NCBI GenBank assembly: GCA_030264375.1
Contig: JASCQW010000043.1
Span: 37,768,449-37,832,448, forward strand
Direction of reading: 5' to 3'
Length of the DNA stretch: 64,000 nucleotides
Origin: Carcharhinus longimanus
Lineage: Eukaryota
Positions 1 to 11,605 of this stretch are shown here, one piece after another (position 1 is the stretch's first letter; every line of letters starts with the position of its first letter). The notes below the pieces were generated by a model. That model was not told the DNA's origin and ran no database searches. It worked only from the letters and a program-made list of their open reading frames with translations. Position numbers and translations under genes: made by a program.

Positions 1-642
1 GTCTTTGACCTACCAAGAGATGATCCCATTCCCCACCCCCCCAGGCCTACCTTTATCCTTGGCTCCAGACAATTTGTTCTCTAGTTCTGCTTATTTTGCC
101 AGCAGTGACAACCTATCCTCACAACACAATTGGGACACGTGGAGTTGCTAGCCAATCATGTTTCCAGCAGCTCTCTGAGACAGGACTACTTTCCAGAGGG
201 GGGCAGAATGCCCATCTCCAGTCAATGGTGCTCCTCAGAGTGCAGCAGTCATCAGGGAGGTGGAGGAGTGGGGTGGGAAGCCCTGCCTTCCAAAAGTTTC
301 TGCTCTTTATCCTTTTGATTGGGACCTGTGATGGTCTCTTCATGGCAGGATAATCCTCATGAAGACTTGCTTTTCCTTCATAGTTAGACTGATGCTGACT
401 GCAATCAGGCCAAAGCAATTTCATAAAGGGGGCACCAGACAGGCAATGATCCCTAATTTGAATATGCAACTATCATATCTTCGGCATGGTTCCTGGATAC
501 TTCTTTTGATGCCTATGCCTGTATAAAGGGAGGTTTGCTTCCAGCTTGGAATACACAATTTCGCCACTTTGGCACATCCATTTTATTGTCTGGTAAACTC
601 AACAGATTCAGCAAATTTCAGGACAATTCTCATTATTTATGT

Positions 643-970
643 GGGAGGCAGCGGTGTAGTGGCAATGTCATTGAATTAGTAACCTAGCGGCCCAGGCTAA
701 TGCTCTGAGGTCATGGGTTCATATCTCACTATGACAGCTGGTGGAATTTAAATTAAATTAATAAATCTGGGATTAAAAGTGAAGTGACAACCATGGATCA
801 ATAGTCATAAAATCCCATGTGGTTCACTAATGTTGGTTGGGGAAGGGAATCTGCTGCCTTTACGTGTGAGACTCTTAACTGGCCTCTGAAATGGTCTAAT
901 GGGGCAATTTGCGCTCGACAATAAACACTGTCCTAACCAGTGATGTCCATGTCCCATTAAAGAATAAAAG
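643..970 (+). mobile_element. tRNA-derived SINE ('family B') with L2/CR1-group LINE tail
   Basis: A/B-box-like head (GGTGTAGTGG...GGGTTCATATCTC), body CCCATGTGGTTCACTAATG and tail ...CCAGTGATGTCCATGTCCC, homologous to 1795-2177 and 46850-47145. Confidence 0.8.
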
Positions 971-1006
971 AGATTAAGGAAAGTTATGATAAATAGATCA
1001 ATGGTA

Positions 1007-1305
1007 GGTGGCACAGTGGCACAGCGGTTAACATTGCTGCCTCACAGTGCCAGGGACCCAGGTTCAATTCCAGCTTCGGGTGACTGTATATGTGAAATTT
1101 GCATGTTCTCCCCATGTCTGCATGGATTTCCTCCAGGTGCTTGGGTTTCCTCCCACAGTTCAAAGATGTTAGTTGATTGGCCATGCGAAATTACCCCTTA
1201 GTGTCAGGGGATTAGAGGGTAAATACATGGGATTAAGGGAGCATGGCCTAGGTGGGATTGTCGTTGGTGCAGGCCTGATGGGCCAAGTGGCCTCTTTCAC
1301 AATGT
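1007..1305 (+). mobile_element. HE1-type V-SINE
   Basis: tRNA-like head GGCACAGTGGCACAGCGGTTAACATTGCTGCCTCACAG, V-domain TTCCTCCAGGTGCTTGGGTTTCCTCCCACAG, CR1-like tail GGGCCAAGTGGCCT. Confidence 0.92.
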
Positions 1306-1308
1306 TGT

Positions 1309-1741
1309 TGTTATAACAGGGTAAGTCTGAGAGAAGCTAACAAATTGCCAAAGATCCCAGCAATTGCAGGAAAAGCCCCCATGGGGAACAGGCAATGGCA
1401 GAAGTTTGGCAATCAGCAGGGTGGTGGAGGAATGGTGAAGGTGTGAGGAGATTGATAATTGGGATTGGAGGCAATTATGTGACTGGGAGGGCTGGAGATT
1501 GGGAATTTATGAAGAGACCTAAGGTTTGCTCCCCCTAACCCAGACGGAGTGCTGAAATAGACAAGCCAGTCGTTCCAGACTCCATTTTACTGTCAAGTTT
1601 CCTGACACCTCAATAACTCAGTAGCACGAGTTAATTTTAAATTTATCTTTTAATAGTAAGAGCCAGGTTTGAATAAATTAATGAGTGTCTCACGACTCTA
1701 GGTTGAATCACTTAGGCATCTTGATATCTGTCACAATAACA
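1309..1741 (+). mobile_element. Candidate solo LTR
   Basis: Perfect inverted termini TGTTAT...ATAACA, AATAAA near the 3' end (~1672), near-matching 4-bp flanks TTGT/TTGG. Confidence 0.5.
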
Positions 1742-1794
1742 TTGGTATCAACATGAGGGATGTTATGGAGGTATGTTAGGGTAGGGTTCCATGA

Positions 1795-2177
1795 ATGATT
1801 TACTGGTATTATTGTTAGATTATTAATCCAGGAATTCAGTGAAAGTTTTAGGGACCTGGAATTGTACCTCACCACAGAAGATGGTGGAATTTGAATTCAA
1901 TAAAAATATCTGGAATTAAAAATCTACTGATGACCATGAAACCATTGTTGATTGTTGGAAAAATCCATCTGGTTCACTAGTGTCCTTTAGGGAAGGAAAT
2001 CTGCTGTCCTTACCTGGTCTGGTGTACACGTGATTGTAAAGCCACAGCAATATGGTTGACTCTCAGCTGCTCTCTGAAATGGCCCAGCAAGCCATTCAGT
2101 TAAAGAGCAATTAGGAATGGGCAAAAAATGCTGGCTAGCCAGCGACACCCATGTACCAAGAGTGAATTTTTTAAAAA
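1795..2177 (+). mobile_element. tRNA-derived SINE family B
   Basis: GATGGTGGAATTTGAATTCAATAAAA...CCATCTGGTTCACTAG...; tail GCAATTAGGAATGGGCAAAAAATGCTGGC shared with LINE 3' ends at ~16985 and ~36290. Confidence 0.88.
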
Positions 2178-3809
2178 TCATTTTACAACCCCTCCCCTGA
2201 CCCCTCCACCCACCTGCTGAGGCAATTAATATTGAGGCCCATAAGTGCCTGAAAGATAGCAATTTAACTTGGGATCCAAATCAAATGTATAGGCATCGAA
2301 ATGGTGAACTCGCTGGGTTCTGGAGCATGAGGTTCAAGACTTTCGAACTCCTCCTTATGCCTGAATTGAACAGTTAAAATGGTGTGTGATACAAAAGCCA
2401 CATATGCAATGTTTTCTTGGCCTCTCATCCACATTGTACCTGACTTTAAGGAAGGTTAAAATCCACTGTTTAGTACTGTTCTTCATGCTTGCTTTTTTCC
2501 CGTTTGGTTGTCAGTGATTAAAGAAACAACTATATAAATAGATTGTGGATTATGTGATTTAAGTATTTCATACCCAAGCACTTCAGTTAAAGCTTGCCAT
2601 TGTGTACTTTTAACTGCCAGTATATTTCTTTGAGTCAGCGCACAGCAAGATCTTCCATTCCTATAAAAATTACATATTGGGCACTTAAACAAGAAATCCA
2701 ATGAAACACTTTGTAGGCTTGAACATTTCATGTTTCAAGTAATCAGCGAAATCAGTTAAATTATAAATTCATTGATTTCTAATCACTTGTCATCCTTCAA
2801 GATTTTTTCTTAAAGCTTTCTGATTATTTTGCAACACAACCAGGGAGATTTTGAGTAACTCAAGTGACTGAGTGCCTGATTACCCAAAGGTCATCAGATC
2901 AAGTTTCAGACCTGACTATTGCAGGAATGTATTTGCCTGCTGAGTGTTATCAGCTCCTTATTGTGCTGCTGGAGGTAGAATGACATAAAGGAAATATGTC
3001 TGATGGGATGAGTTTTGCTTGGAAATGTCTGTACGAGTTTTGTCTACTCCCAAACAACAGAGTCAATACCAGTCATATACAGCTCCAGTGATCATCTTTG
3101 TTGAATCATCGCAAAGCATTCCACACAATGAACTGTGATTTGAGTGCAAGCAAATATGTGCAACTGCAGAGAGGAATGTTGGCCCACATGTGAAAATCGT
3201 CAAGTAGGCTCTTGACTTAATGATGTGTAAGGTATTTTTAGTTATTCTTGAACATTGAGTCAGCCCTCTAATTTTTACAGTATTTAAGGAGTTAGAAATC
3301 AGATTCACACCAAAAAAAAATGCCCAAGCTTCACTTAATACAAAGGGGAAAATTTTGTAATCTCAATGTTCAAAAGCGGGGTCAGTGTGGCAATTGTGCT
3401 TATAAGGGCAACACAGCAGAGTAAGGGTCAGCTGGCCTGGGCAACCAGTCAGGACTCAGGATAGGGAATCTCCCCAGGGGAGGGGGTCTCCTAGGCAGAG
3501 GTAATTTGGAGCGAGCTACAAACATGCAGCTGCCCTTGAAGATCATTAAATGAACCCCTTTTGTTCACTAATGAAGTCTCTGAAGGTGTCTCATTACCAT
3601 CAGTGTTGAGAAAATTGGCAGAACTTTATTCAGCTGGATTACTACTGGTACATATCCTGGTTTAATAGGATCATTGAAGCTCCTATTAAAAGAAAGCCCT
3701 TCCACTGGTACGCCCATGTCCAAAGAATGACTTACCTCACTTTGGAAGATGTTTCTAGTGGAGGCTGCTCATCCAAAAGATGATTGTGACAATAGATCCA
3801 AAATGGCAT

Positions 3810-4660
3810 CACAATGAGTTGCAGATACAACTTAATGCATTGGGAATTGTGAAGTGTTACATTTTAATAGGAAACATGAGAAGAGGCAATATAAAATTAA
3901 TGAAAGAACGCTAAAGGCTGTGCAAGAGCAGATGGATCTGAGGGTACATATACACAAATCACCAAAGGAAGCAGGGCAGGTTGAAAAATTGTTAATAAGC
4001 TATATGGGATTCTGGGCTTTATAAATCAAGGTACTTGCCAGAACTCTATCGCCCTGCCTGCCATGGAATCAGAGCGGGTAAGGAACAGGCAATGGAAATA
4101 TCCATTGACCTTGGGCAGGAATTTCCGGTTTCGCCATAAAATCCTGCCATTGAGTGCAAAAGCAAGGAAGTGGACTGTTGTAATGCATTAGTTTGGCCTC
4201 AACAGGAATACTGTGGAAAATTGATCCAAGGATAGACTGCAAAACCTTGGGTGGTTCTCCTCAGAGAATGAATGGTTGAGAAAAGATTTGCAAGACCTAT
4301 TCAAAATTATGTGGTACCTGCATAGTGTAGATAGGGGAAAACTGTTTTGATTGGCAGAAGATTTATGCACCAGAGGACACTGATTTAAGATGATTGGTAA
4401 ATGAACCAGAGGTGACATGAGGAAACATTTGTTTATGTAGTGAATGGTCAGGATCTGGAATGCACTGCCTTACAGAATTTTGAGATAGATTTAATCATGA
4501 TTTCCAAAAGAGAATTGGTTAACTATCTGAATGGGGAAAAGTAGCAGAGCTATGAGGAAAAGATGGCATAGCGGGATTAGCTGAGCTGCTCTTCCTGAGA
4601 GCTTGTAGGGACATGACATGCCAAATGGTCTCTCTCTGTGTTGTAATCATTCCAAGACTC
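3810..4660 (+). mobile_element. CR1-clade LINE, degraded 3' part of ORF2 and tail, interrupted by a MITE
   Basis: Decayed CR1 signatures (GAAGTGTTACATTTT, ACCAGAGGACAC, ATCTGGAATGCACTGCCT, CCAAATGGTCT tail). Confidence 0.75.
4036..4148. mobile_element. Harbinger-type MITE (~115 bp family)
   Basis: TIR-like ends (GCCAGAACTCT / AAAATCCTGCC) and internal TTGACCTTGGGCAGGAATTT shared with other copies. Confidence 0.75.
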
Positions 4661-5576
4661 TATCTTTTCAGAAAATAACCTTCTTGGTTTCATCCTTACC
4701 AATCTACTCGTTGGAGGTTGATCTGTCTGTAACAACATCGGCAAAAATCATCAGCACACTTTGATTGGAGCATAGCTAGTTGGGGACTACAGGTTATCAG
4801 CACCAAAGCTAGGGTGTTTTTTCCATCCAGTCAGTGCTGGAATTCATTACATCTTTGATCCAAACATGGATGCAAGAGTTGGATCCAGAGATGATGTGAA
4901 AGTGACTGTCTTCAGGCAGCATTCAACAGCATTTGGCACCAAAAAGCCCTGGTCCAGTCCAGCAGTGGTGAAAAGGTGTTGTATCAGTGCAATTCTTTAT
5001 TTTTCTCTTCTTTTCCAATTGTCTGCAACTGTTTCATCAGTGGTTTTCCCTCCATCACACAGAATTGGGACTGTGTGCTCATGATTCTATATCGTTTGAC
5101 TTGATTCACAAATCCTCAGTCACTGAAGTTAACTCGATAAAGTGCGCTAAAGGTATCTCTCTATATTTATAGGTTCATCAAGGAGACAATAGCAGCAGCA
5201 CAAATCCTACAGCAAAATTCTGGTAGATTTATGAAAATCCAGAAAATCTCTTCTTCTGTTTGATAACATGATATTTCAAAGTATGTTGGAGCCACAGTTG
5301 TAATCATGTGTGAGATAAAAGCCAAAATCTTCAGAGGCACCAAGTTTCCAATGATAGATGGTTCACCAGCTACACAAAAATATGTGCCAGTTGTTAAGAT
5401 GGTAGGATAAGAACAGACCTGAGACGTTTAAACTGTAGGAAGAGTAACACTATCTGATTCAACAATTTTTTTTGAATCAAAGGGAATTAAATGGAAACAG
5501 GAAGGTATATGACTGTTGAGAAAAGTTGACAGTTAGATCCCCATAGAATCAGTGATGAAGAGAAGTAAAAGACAGT

Positions 5577-5701
5577 GGCTAGAAATTTACCGGCAAGCCT
5601 GCCCCGGAATCGGGGTAGGCGAGGCTCACAGAACAGCACTCTCCACTGGGCGGGGCGGGACCTTACTAGCCTCGGGCGGGCAAGGTGGTAAAATTCTGGT
5701 A
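5577..5701. mobile_element. Harbinger-type MITE
   Basis: GGCTAGAAATTT...AAAATTCTGG termini; 3-bp TSD AGT/AGT. Confidence 0.8.
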
Positions 5702-6039
5702 AGTAAGTCTGCAACTGAAAGGGAAACTGTAGGCATCCTCCACGACGAAATATCAGCTGGCAAAGTCTCCTGTTGTGATCTTGTTGTGATTACTGTGTCC
5801 TGCATTTGGTAAGGTTGTTTCAGATTGGAAAGCAGTGAGGCAATCCTCTCACAATTCCAAAATGTTGCTGCTCCGCTGGTTTTGAAAGCTGCCTTAAATA
5901 AAGCTTACGTTAATTTAATACGTACATAATTGTGTCTGATATGACGGGCATGAACCACTCTTTTTATAGCTACAATAACTGTTTACTTGGCTAACATCAG
6001 TTCTTTGCTCTATTCAACAAAACAGGGACAACATCCAGA

Positions 6040-6935
6040 TTCGAACCAGTAAGTTACAAGTAACATTTGTGCCACACAGTTGGCAGACAGTGACCCTCAC
6101 CACCAAGGGATAGTCTAACTACCTCTCCTTAACATTAAATGGCATTATCATTGTCAAGTCCCATCATTCATATTCTGGGGGTTACCACTGACCAGAAGCT
6201 TAACTGGTCCAGCTACTAGAGCACATCAGAGACAGTGGGGGGAGTTTTCCCATCCTGCCTACCATGGGAATCGTAGCAGATGGGGTGCTGGACAATTCAA
6301 CAGCCCGTTGACTTTGGGTGGGATTTTCCAGTTTTGGAACGATATGGCCAGAAAATCCTGCCCAGTGAGTGACTCATCTATGGACTTCTCAACGTTTCTC
6401 TATCACCTGTATTTCATGGGTCGTGGAATGTGATAAAATATTCTCCACTTTCTTGGATGGGCGCATTGTAAAACACTTCAGAAGCTCAACAGTTACCAGG
6501 ATGAAGCAGTCCATGATCAACACCTTGTCCAGTGGCTTGAACATTTACTTCCACCACTGCAGATGCCTGATGGTACTATTTACCTGGTTCTATTTACAGG
6601 TTGCTCTGCAGCAACTTGTCAAATCTTCTTTAGCATCACCTCTGAAATCCACAACCATGATCATCTCAAACAACAAAAGTAGCAAGTGCACGGAAACCAC
6701 ATAACTGCCAAGCTCCCCATCAAGTCACATACACCAAAGTGTCTTGGATATAATACAGTTGTTGCATGGTTCAAAATCCTGGTAGTCTCTACCCAATAGC
6801 ATTATGTGAGCCCTTTCCCCACACAGGCTTGAGTGGTTCAAGAAGTTGAGTCATTACCACCTTCTCAAGAGTAATTAAAGATGGGCAACAGATACCAACC
6901 TTGCCAGTGAGAACATATCCTAAGAAATTGTTCTA
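6040..6935 (+). mobile_element. L2/CR1-group LINE 3' fragment (tail partner of SINE family B)
   Basis: CTGGGGGTTACCACTGACCAGAAGCTTAACTGG (LGVT.DQKLNW); tail AATTAAAGATGGGCAACAGATACC. Confidence 0.8.
6237..6363. mobile_element. Harbinger-type MITE nested in LINE
   Basis: GGGGGGAGTTTT...AAAATCCTGCCC; TSD AGT/AGT. Confidence 0.82.
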
Positions 6936-8124
6936 AAAATCACATAGATGTGAACATAGCCTTATACAAGGAATCAAAGAAAAGTTAGGCGTATTAAAAC
7001 CTTTGGACCTTCAATGGAGTCTACATTTGTTGGTCAGTAGGCCAGAATACCTTTGCTTAATCAAATTACCAGCTATCAATGCTCTGGCACATTAGAGATG
7101 AGGAAATGCAGCCTGGGCAGTCATTTTAACAACACCATCAGGACTCCAGCCCTCCGTTGCCTGAGTCACTTTTTTTAGGAATACCTTGGAACTTCATCCC
7201 AAAAAAAAGCCTGGGGAAAAGGTAGGAAATTCCTGGTCCTTTTGCCACACCCGCTCTGTCCTACAGGAATGTAACACAAGGCCCTTGAATATTTGCTCCA
7301 TAGTCACTGGTACAGTAGTCACTTGTGATAAGACATTCCATGTTGTAATAATCCTGTGTGCGAAAAGCTCCTTCTAACTTTTCTCTTCATTCTTCTGGTG
7401 ATAATGCTGAATGTATTGCCCTTTTGTTACTGATTTGTGAACTGGTGTAAGCAAGCTTTCAGCGTTAATCCTCCCAAAAACCTTCCACAAAATTAGCCTT
7501 TATTAGATTCCATTTTAACCTTCTCGTTTCCAATCATAAAAATTTTACAGTTTTTTCTTTTCCCACTCGCTTCTTATATCTTTGCTTTCCTGAAAGTTAA
7601 AAGAAATCTGTGTTGATCATTGTTCCTCTAATGGGCAAGGGTAATGTCCAGTGCTACACGAAACTTTCAACTTGAATTTCCAATAAAGGAGTTGCACTGC
7701 TTTGAACTCAATAGATGATGCTTTGTTCCCCTGATATTATGAAGGAGAACTAGAATTTCACCAGAATATCATTGGTTAGCTATCTCTACTGCATCAGTAG
7801 TTGGCATAAATATTGGGCATGACCAGATACCACGCCAAAAACATGGATGATATGATGTCCATTTGCTAAGTGAAAAATGGACCTGATACAGAATATTTGA
7901 TTTAGTCCTTAATGGTAATACTCCACACACCATTGTGGCTAAAATGTCCTGTTGTCATCCAAAGCACCCATCTGGTACAGGTGTTAGAAAATGCAAATCT
8001 GGATCCTAAATTCTACTTTATGCTACTTTCCAAAACTAGTTCCCGACTAATGGTGGCTACTCACTTCAAGTTGCCACTTTATCAGGTGCACAGCAGCCAT
8101 ACTGATAGTCTTTGATAGGATTTT

Positions 8125-8550
8125 AAAATACATATATAATTTCATGGGATGTGAATATTGTTGGATAGGCCAATATTTATTGCCCATCCCTAACTGCCAT
8201 TGAGGAGGTGGAATGTGCTGCCTTTTGAACTGCTGCAGTGTGTATGGTATAGGTACACCCACAGTGTGTTAGTGAAAGAACTTCAGGAGTTTGGCCCAGC
8301 GACAGTGAAGGAATGATGATATATTTTCAAGTCAGGATGATAAGTAGTTTGGAGAGGAATTTCCGGGTGATGGTAGCCCCATGTATCTGCTGTCCTTGTT
8401 CTTTTAGATGGTAGTGGTTGTGGGTTTGGAAGGAGCTATCTAAGGAACCTGGGTGAGTTGCAGCATTGCATCTTGTAGATTTTACATACTGCTGCCACTG
8501 TGCATCAGTGGTAAAGGGAATGAGTATTTAAAATGATGTATGGGTTGCTG
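8125..8550 (-). mobile_element. L2/CR1-group LINE 3' fragment
   Basis: Reverse complement of the same tail (TTTATTGCCCATCCCTAACTGCC) and body as 6040-6935. Confidence 0.82.
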
Positions 8551-8822
8551 GAGGGCACCATCAGAAAGAGAACAAATATTTTTTTGCTTATCCAAATGTA
8601 TATCTAGAAAGAGCAGCTGGTCAGTAGAAATATCTTTATATTAAAACATTCTTGTTTCTTGTCCTGCCAGTATATTATTCTGCATGTTATGACTCCTTCT
8701 GTCTCTAAACATGAACACAGGGACAGCCATGTGAGGATATGAGGTATAGAGTGCAGCATATGATGCACAGAGCACAAGTGGGCAGGCGGATCTAAGGTAG
8801 CAAATGAATAGGGAAACATTGT

Positions 8823-8951
8823 ATGTTGGAAGGTCAGGATGATGCAGGTGGACGTGCAATGAAGTGTCCAGCTGAGGAGCATGATGATGTTAAAAAGAAG
8901 AGGCAAAAGTCAGAAAATGAACAGTCAACAGAACCCAAGGCAACAGTTTAA
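8823..8951 (+). pseudogene. PTMS: Parathymosin/prothymosin-family C-terminal retrocopy fragment
   Basis: Translates EGQDDAGGRAMKCPAEEHDDVKKKRQKSENEQSTEPKATV*, resembling the parathymosin end (..KR(A/P)AEEE.D..K(R/K)QKTEN..). No intron; AATAAA at ~9056. Confidence 0.5.
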
Positions 8952-9121
8952 GCATTCCTTTTGAATTTTTGCACCTTGTTTAATCTGCTCCTTGTTTAAA
9001 GAAACTGGAGATTTCTTGGGCCCCGCTTCTAAAAATGGTTGTTTGTAGACTGTCAAATAAACACACAGTTGTTTCAATGATCCCTGAGGATCTGAGACAG
9101 AAGAGCAATAGGAGATATCCC

Positions 9122-9455
9122 AATCATAGAATCCCTACAGTGCAGAAGGAGGCCACTCGACACGTCAAGTCCGCACTGACAACAATCCCACCCAGATTCT
9201 ATCCTTGAAACTCCACACATTTTCCCTGCTAGTCCCTCTAACATACTCATCCCAGGACACTAATGGGCAATTTAGCATGGCTAATCAACGTAACCTGCAC
9301 ATCTTTGGACTGTGGGGATAAACCGGAGCACCTGGAGGAAACCCACATGGACTTGCGGAGAACATGCAAACTCCACACAGACAGTGACCCAAGCCAGGAA
9401 TCAAACTCAGGTCCCTGGAGCTGTGAGGCAGCAGTGCTAACCGCTGTGCCACCGT
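9122..9455 (-). mobile_element. HE1-type V-SINE
   Basis: Full reverse-complement head, V-domain and CATAGAATCCCTACAGTGCAGAAGGAGGCC tail. Confidence 0.93.
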
Positions 9456-10384
9456 CATATCTGCTATNNNNNNNNNNGATGTATGGTGTTGCAGCTCTGC
9501 TGTCCACTCTGAACTGTGTGCAAATTTCAGGATGATCTCGAGTGCTCACAACAGATGCCTTAAGGGAATCTCAGTTTCTTTTATCAATGCTCAGATTGCT
9601 GCCATAGAAGCTTCGGATCATTAGCATGGGCATAACTATCGCTTCTGGTTTTCAAAGACTTGATGACTGGCTACAGACAATCATCTCCCAAGGCTTCCAG
9701 TGGGATTATTTTTCCACGTGTTAGTGTCCATGCACCAAAAAAAATCAAAACTAGGAATTATGTTTTTCAAGAATCCTTTCAAAAAGATCATTTCAAAAGC
9801 TAACTTAGTCATGTTATACCTTTTATGTTAACAGCAGACAATATTGGATGTTCATGTTACATGTTCAGTGTCAATGAGATAGTAATGCACCAACATGGGA
9901 AAAATGGGACTGAATAATATTGCATGTTTCAGTGGGGCAAGACTCTCATCTCATTAACTAACGGCAGCAAAGTGGGTTTCAAGTCCGCAATATTGCTGGA
10001 TTGTCACTTCTCCACAGAGCAGTCAAGTGGGGTGTCTGGTGGCTGGAATCGTTGGTCATTACCAGGAAGGAGATCACAGCCACTATTTAAAGGTACACTG
10101 GGCACAGACAGTATCTACTGACCAGTGATTTTCTAAGGGGCAAAGTCAGAGGAAACATTCATTTTCTACAGGATTTTTAGGCATTGTTTGAGGTACTTAT
10201 CATTCTGATGAAAAATGTGTCAAATTCTGCAGAGGCTTTGAGGTAAGCGTTGCTGCCAGTGAATACAGATGGAATGTAATTTGATCATCCACATGATGTT
10301 AAGACATTAAAATTGAGCAGCTGCTTCGCTAGTGCATGTTTTCTTCCGTTGAATGCTGAGACAAGGAAACGAGGGGAGAGGCAG

Positions 10385-10608
10385 GGAAGAAGGTCCAGAT
10401 CTGTCCTGCGCTTTGATGGAAAATCCCTCTGAGCCCTTGTCCTGGATGTGCCTACCAGGTGTGAGGACTTGATTCTAGCTGACAGGAAGAGGAAATCTCC
10501 CTCAATCTGTCTGGATGGAGTGGCCATGGAGGTCAGCAATGCAGAGATGGTACCCCGAAACTGGAGGCAACTCAGGAAGAGGCTTAATGACTCCTTGACA
10601 CCGGCAAG
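10385..10608 (+). pseudogene. Harbinger Myb/SANT-like DNA-binding protein, exon 1 remnant
   Basis: RF..SL*ALV..V..R..L...D.KR....VAMEVS....PRNWRQLRKRLNDSL followed by a GT donor; matches the Myb_DNA-bind_5/MSANTD pattern; contains an in-frame stop. Confidence 0.75.
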
Positions 10609-10811
10609 GTCTGCACTTTGTGTATTTTTGTGCAAGCAAATTATAGGAAGGGCTCAAAATGCTCGAGCGTTGTGTGAACTTCTAAGGTCCAAGGCCACAT
10701 TATGCACCATTGTAACTGCTTGTCGCCGTGATATCTCTATGATGGTGTTGTTGTGGTTCTTGAGTGGTGAGGGGAAGTCTCGATGAAGGTACACTGTGAA
10801 GGCTGCTAACT

Positions 10812-11102
10812 AACGGACAGTGGTTAGCACTGTTGCAAATCATAGTGACAGGGACCCAGGTTCAATTCTGGCCTTGGATGACTGTCTGTGTGGAGCTGCA
10901 TGTTTTCCGTGTATCTGCATGGGTTTACTCCCACAGTCCAAAGATGTACAGGTAACGTGGAATAGCCATGCTCAATGTGTGGGATTATGGGGATAGGGTG
11001 GAGGGGAGGGCCTGGGTAAAATGCTCTTTTGAAAAGTCAGTGCAGATTTGATGGGCCAAATGGCCTTCTTCTGCACTGTCGGGTTTCTCTGAATTCTACG
11101 AA
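10812..11102 (+). mobile_element. HE1-type V-SINE nested in Harbinger element
   Basis: CAGTGGTTAGCACTG head, CCCACAGTCCAAAGATGT core, GGGCCAAATGGCC tail. Confidence 0.9.
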
Positions 11103-11384
11103 TCTTGCATTCCTCTCTCAACTTTAAGGAGTGAGAAAATTAAATAACCAGAGAATAATCATTGTTGCGACATTACACTTCATTTCAGGACCCACATATC
11201 TAGGAGAGAAATAGGACTGGAGATGGCATTACTGGTAGAAACATTGTGAGTTTGCTACAAGTGTAGTTTTTGGTTGCAAGGTGTCACATCTCATAATTCA
11301 CATGCTGTAAATGGTGTTGAGCATTGTGACCATGCACACTTTGTGAAAACTGTGATCAGGAAGAGCTGTACATGCCATCCTGAG

Positions 11385-11605
11385 TTTCACTGATAGTTGC
11401 TGTGTGCCCTGCTCTGCATTACCTCACCATTCAGAGAGAGGATGCTCTGGAGGAAGAGGAGACACAAGATAGCAGGCATTCCTCTGATGATGAGATTGAA
11501 GAAGAGGTGAAGGAACTTCTCACTGGAAAGGTGCAAGGTACAGCCTGTAAGAACATGGACGGCCTTGACACAAGGAAGGCATTGATAAGTCAGAGGATCC
11601 AGCAA
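11385..11605 (+). pseudogene. Harbinger (HARBI1-like, DDE_Tnp_4) transposase C-terminal remnant
   Basis: LIVAVCPALHYLTIQRE..acidic tract..RKALISQR, resembling the HARBI1-type II.ACC.LHN..IQRG...R.ALI..RF ending. Confidence 0.7.

Noticed and set aside
5552-5812. ORF starting MKRSKRQW, like a cadherin propeptide cleavage site
   Set aside because: The ORF runs straight into a MITE (5577-5701) and shows no cadherin repeat motifs.
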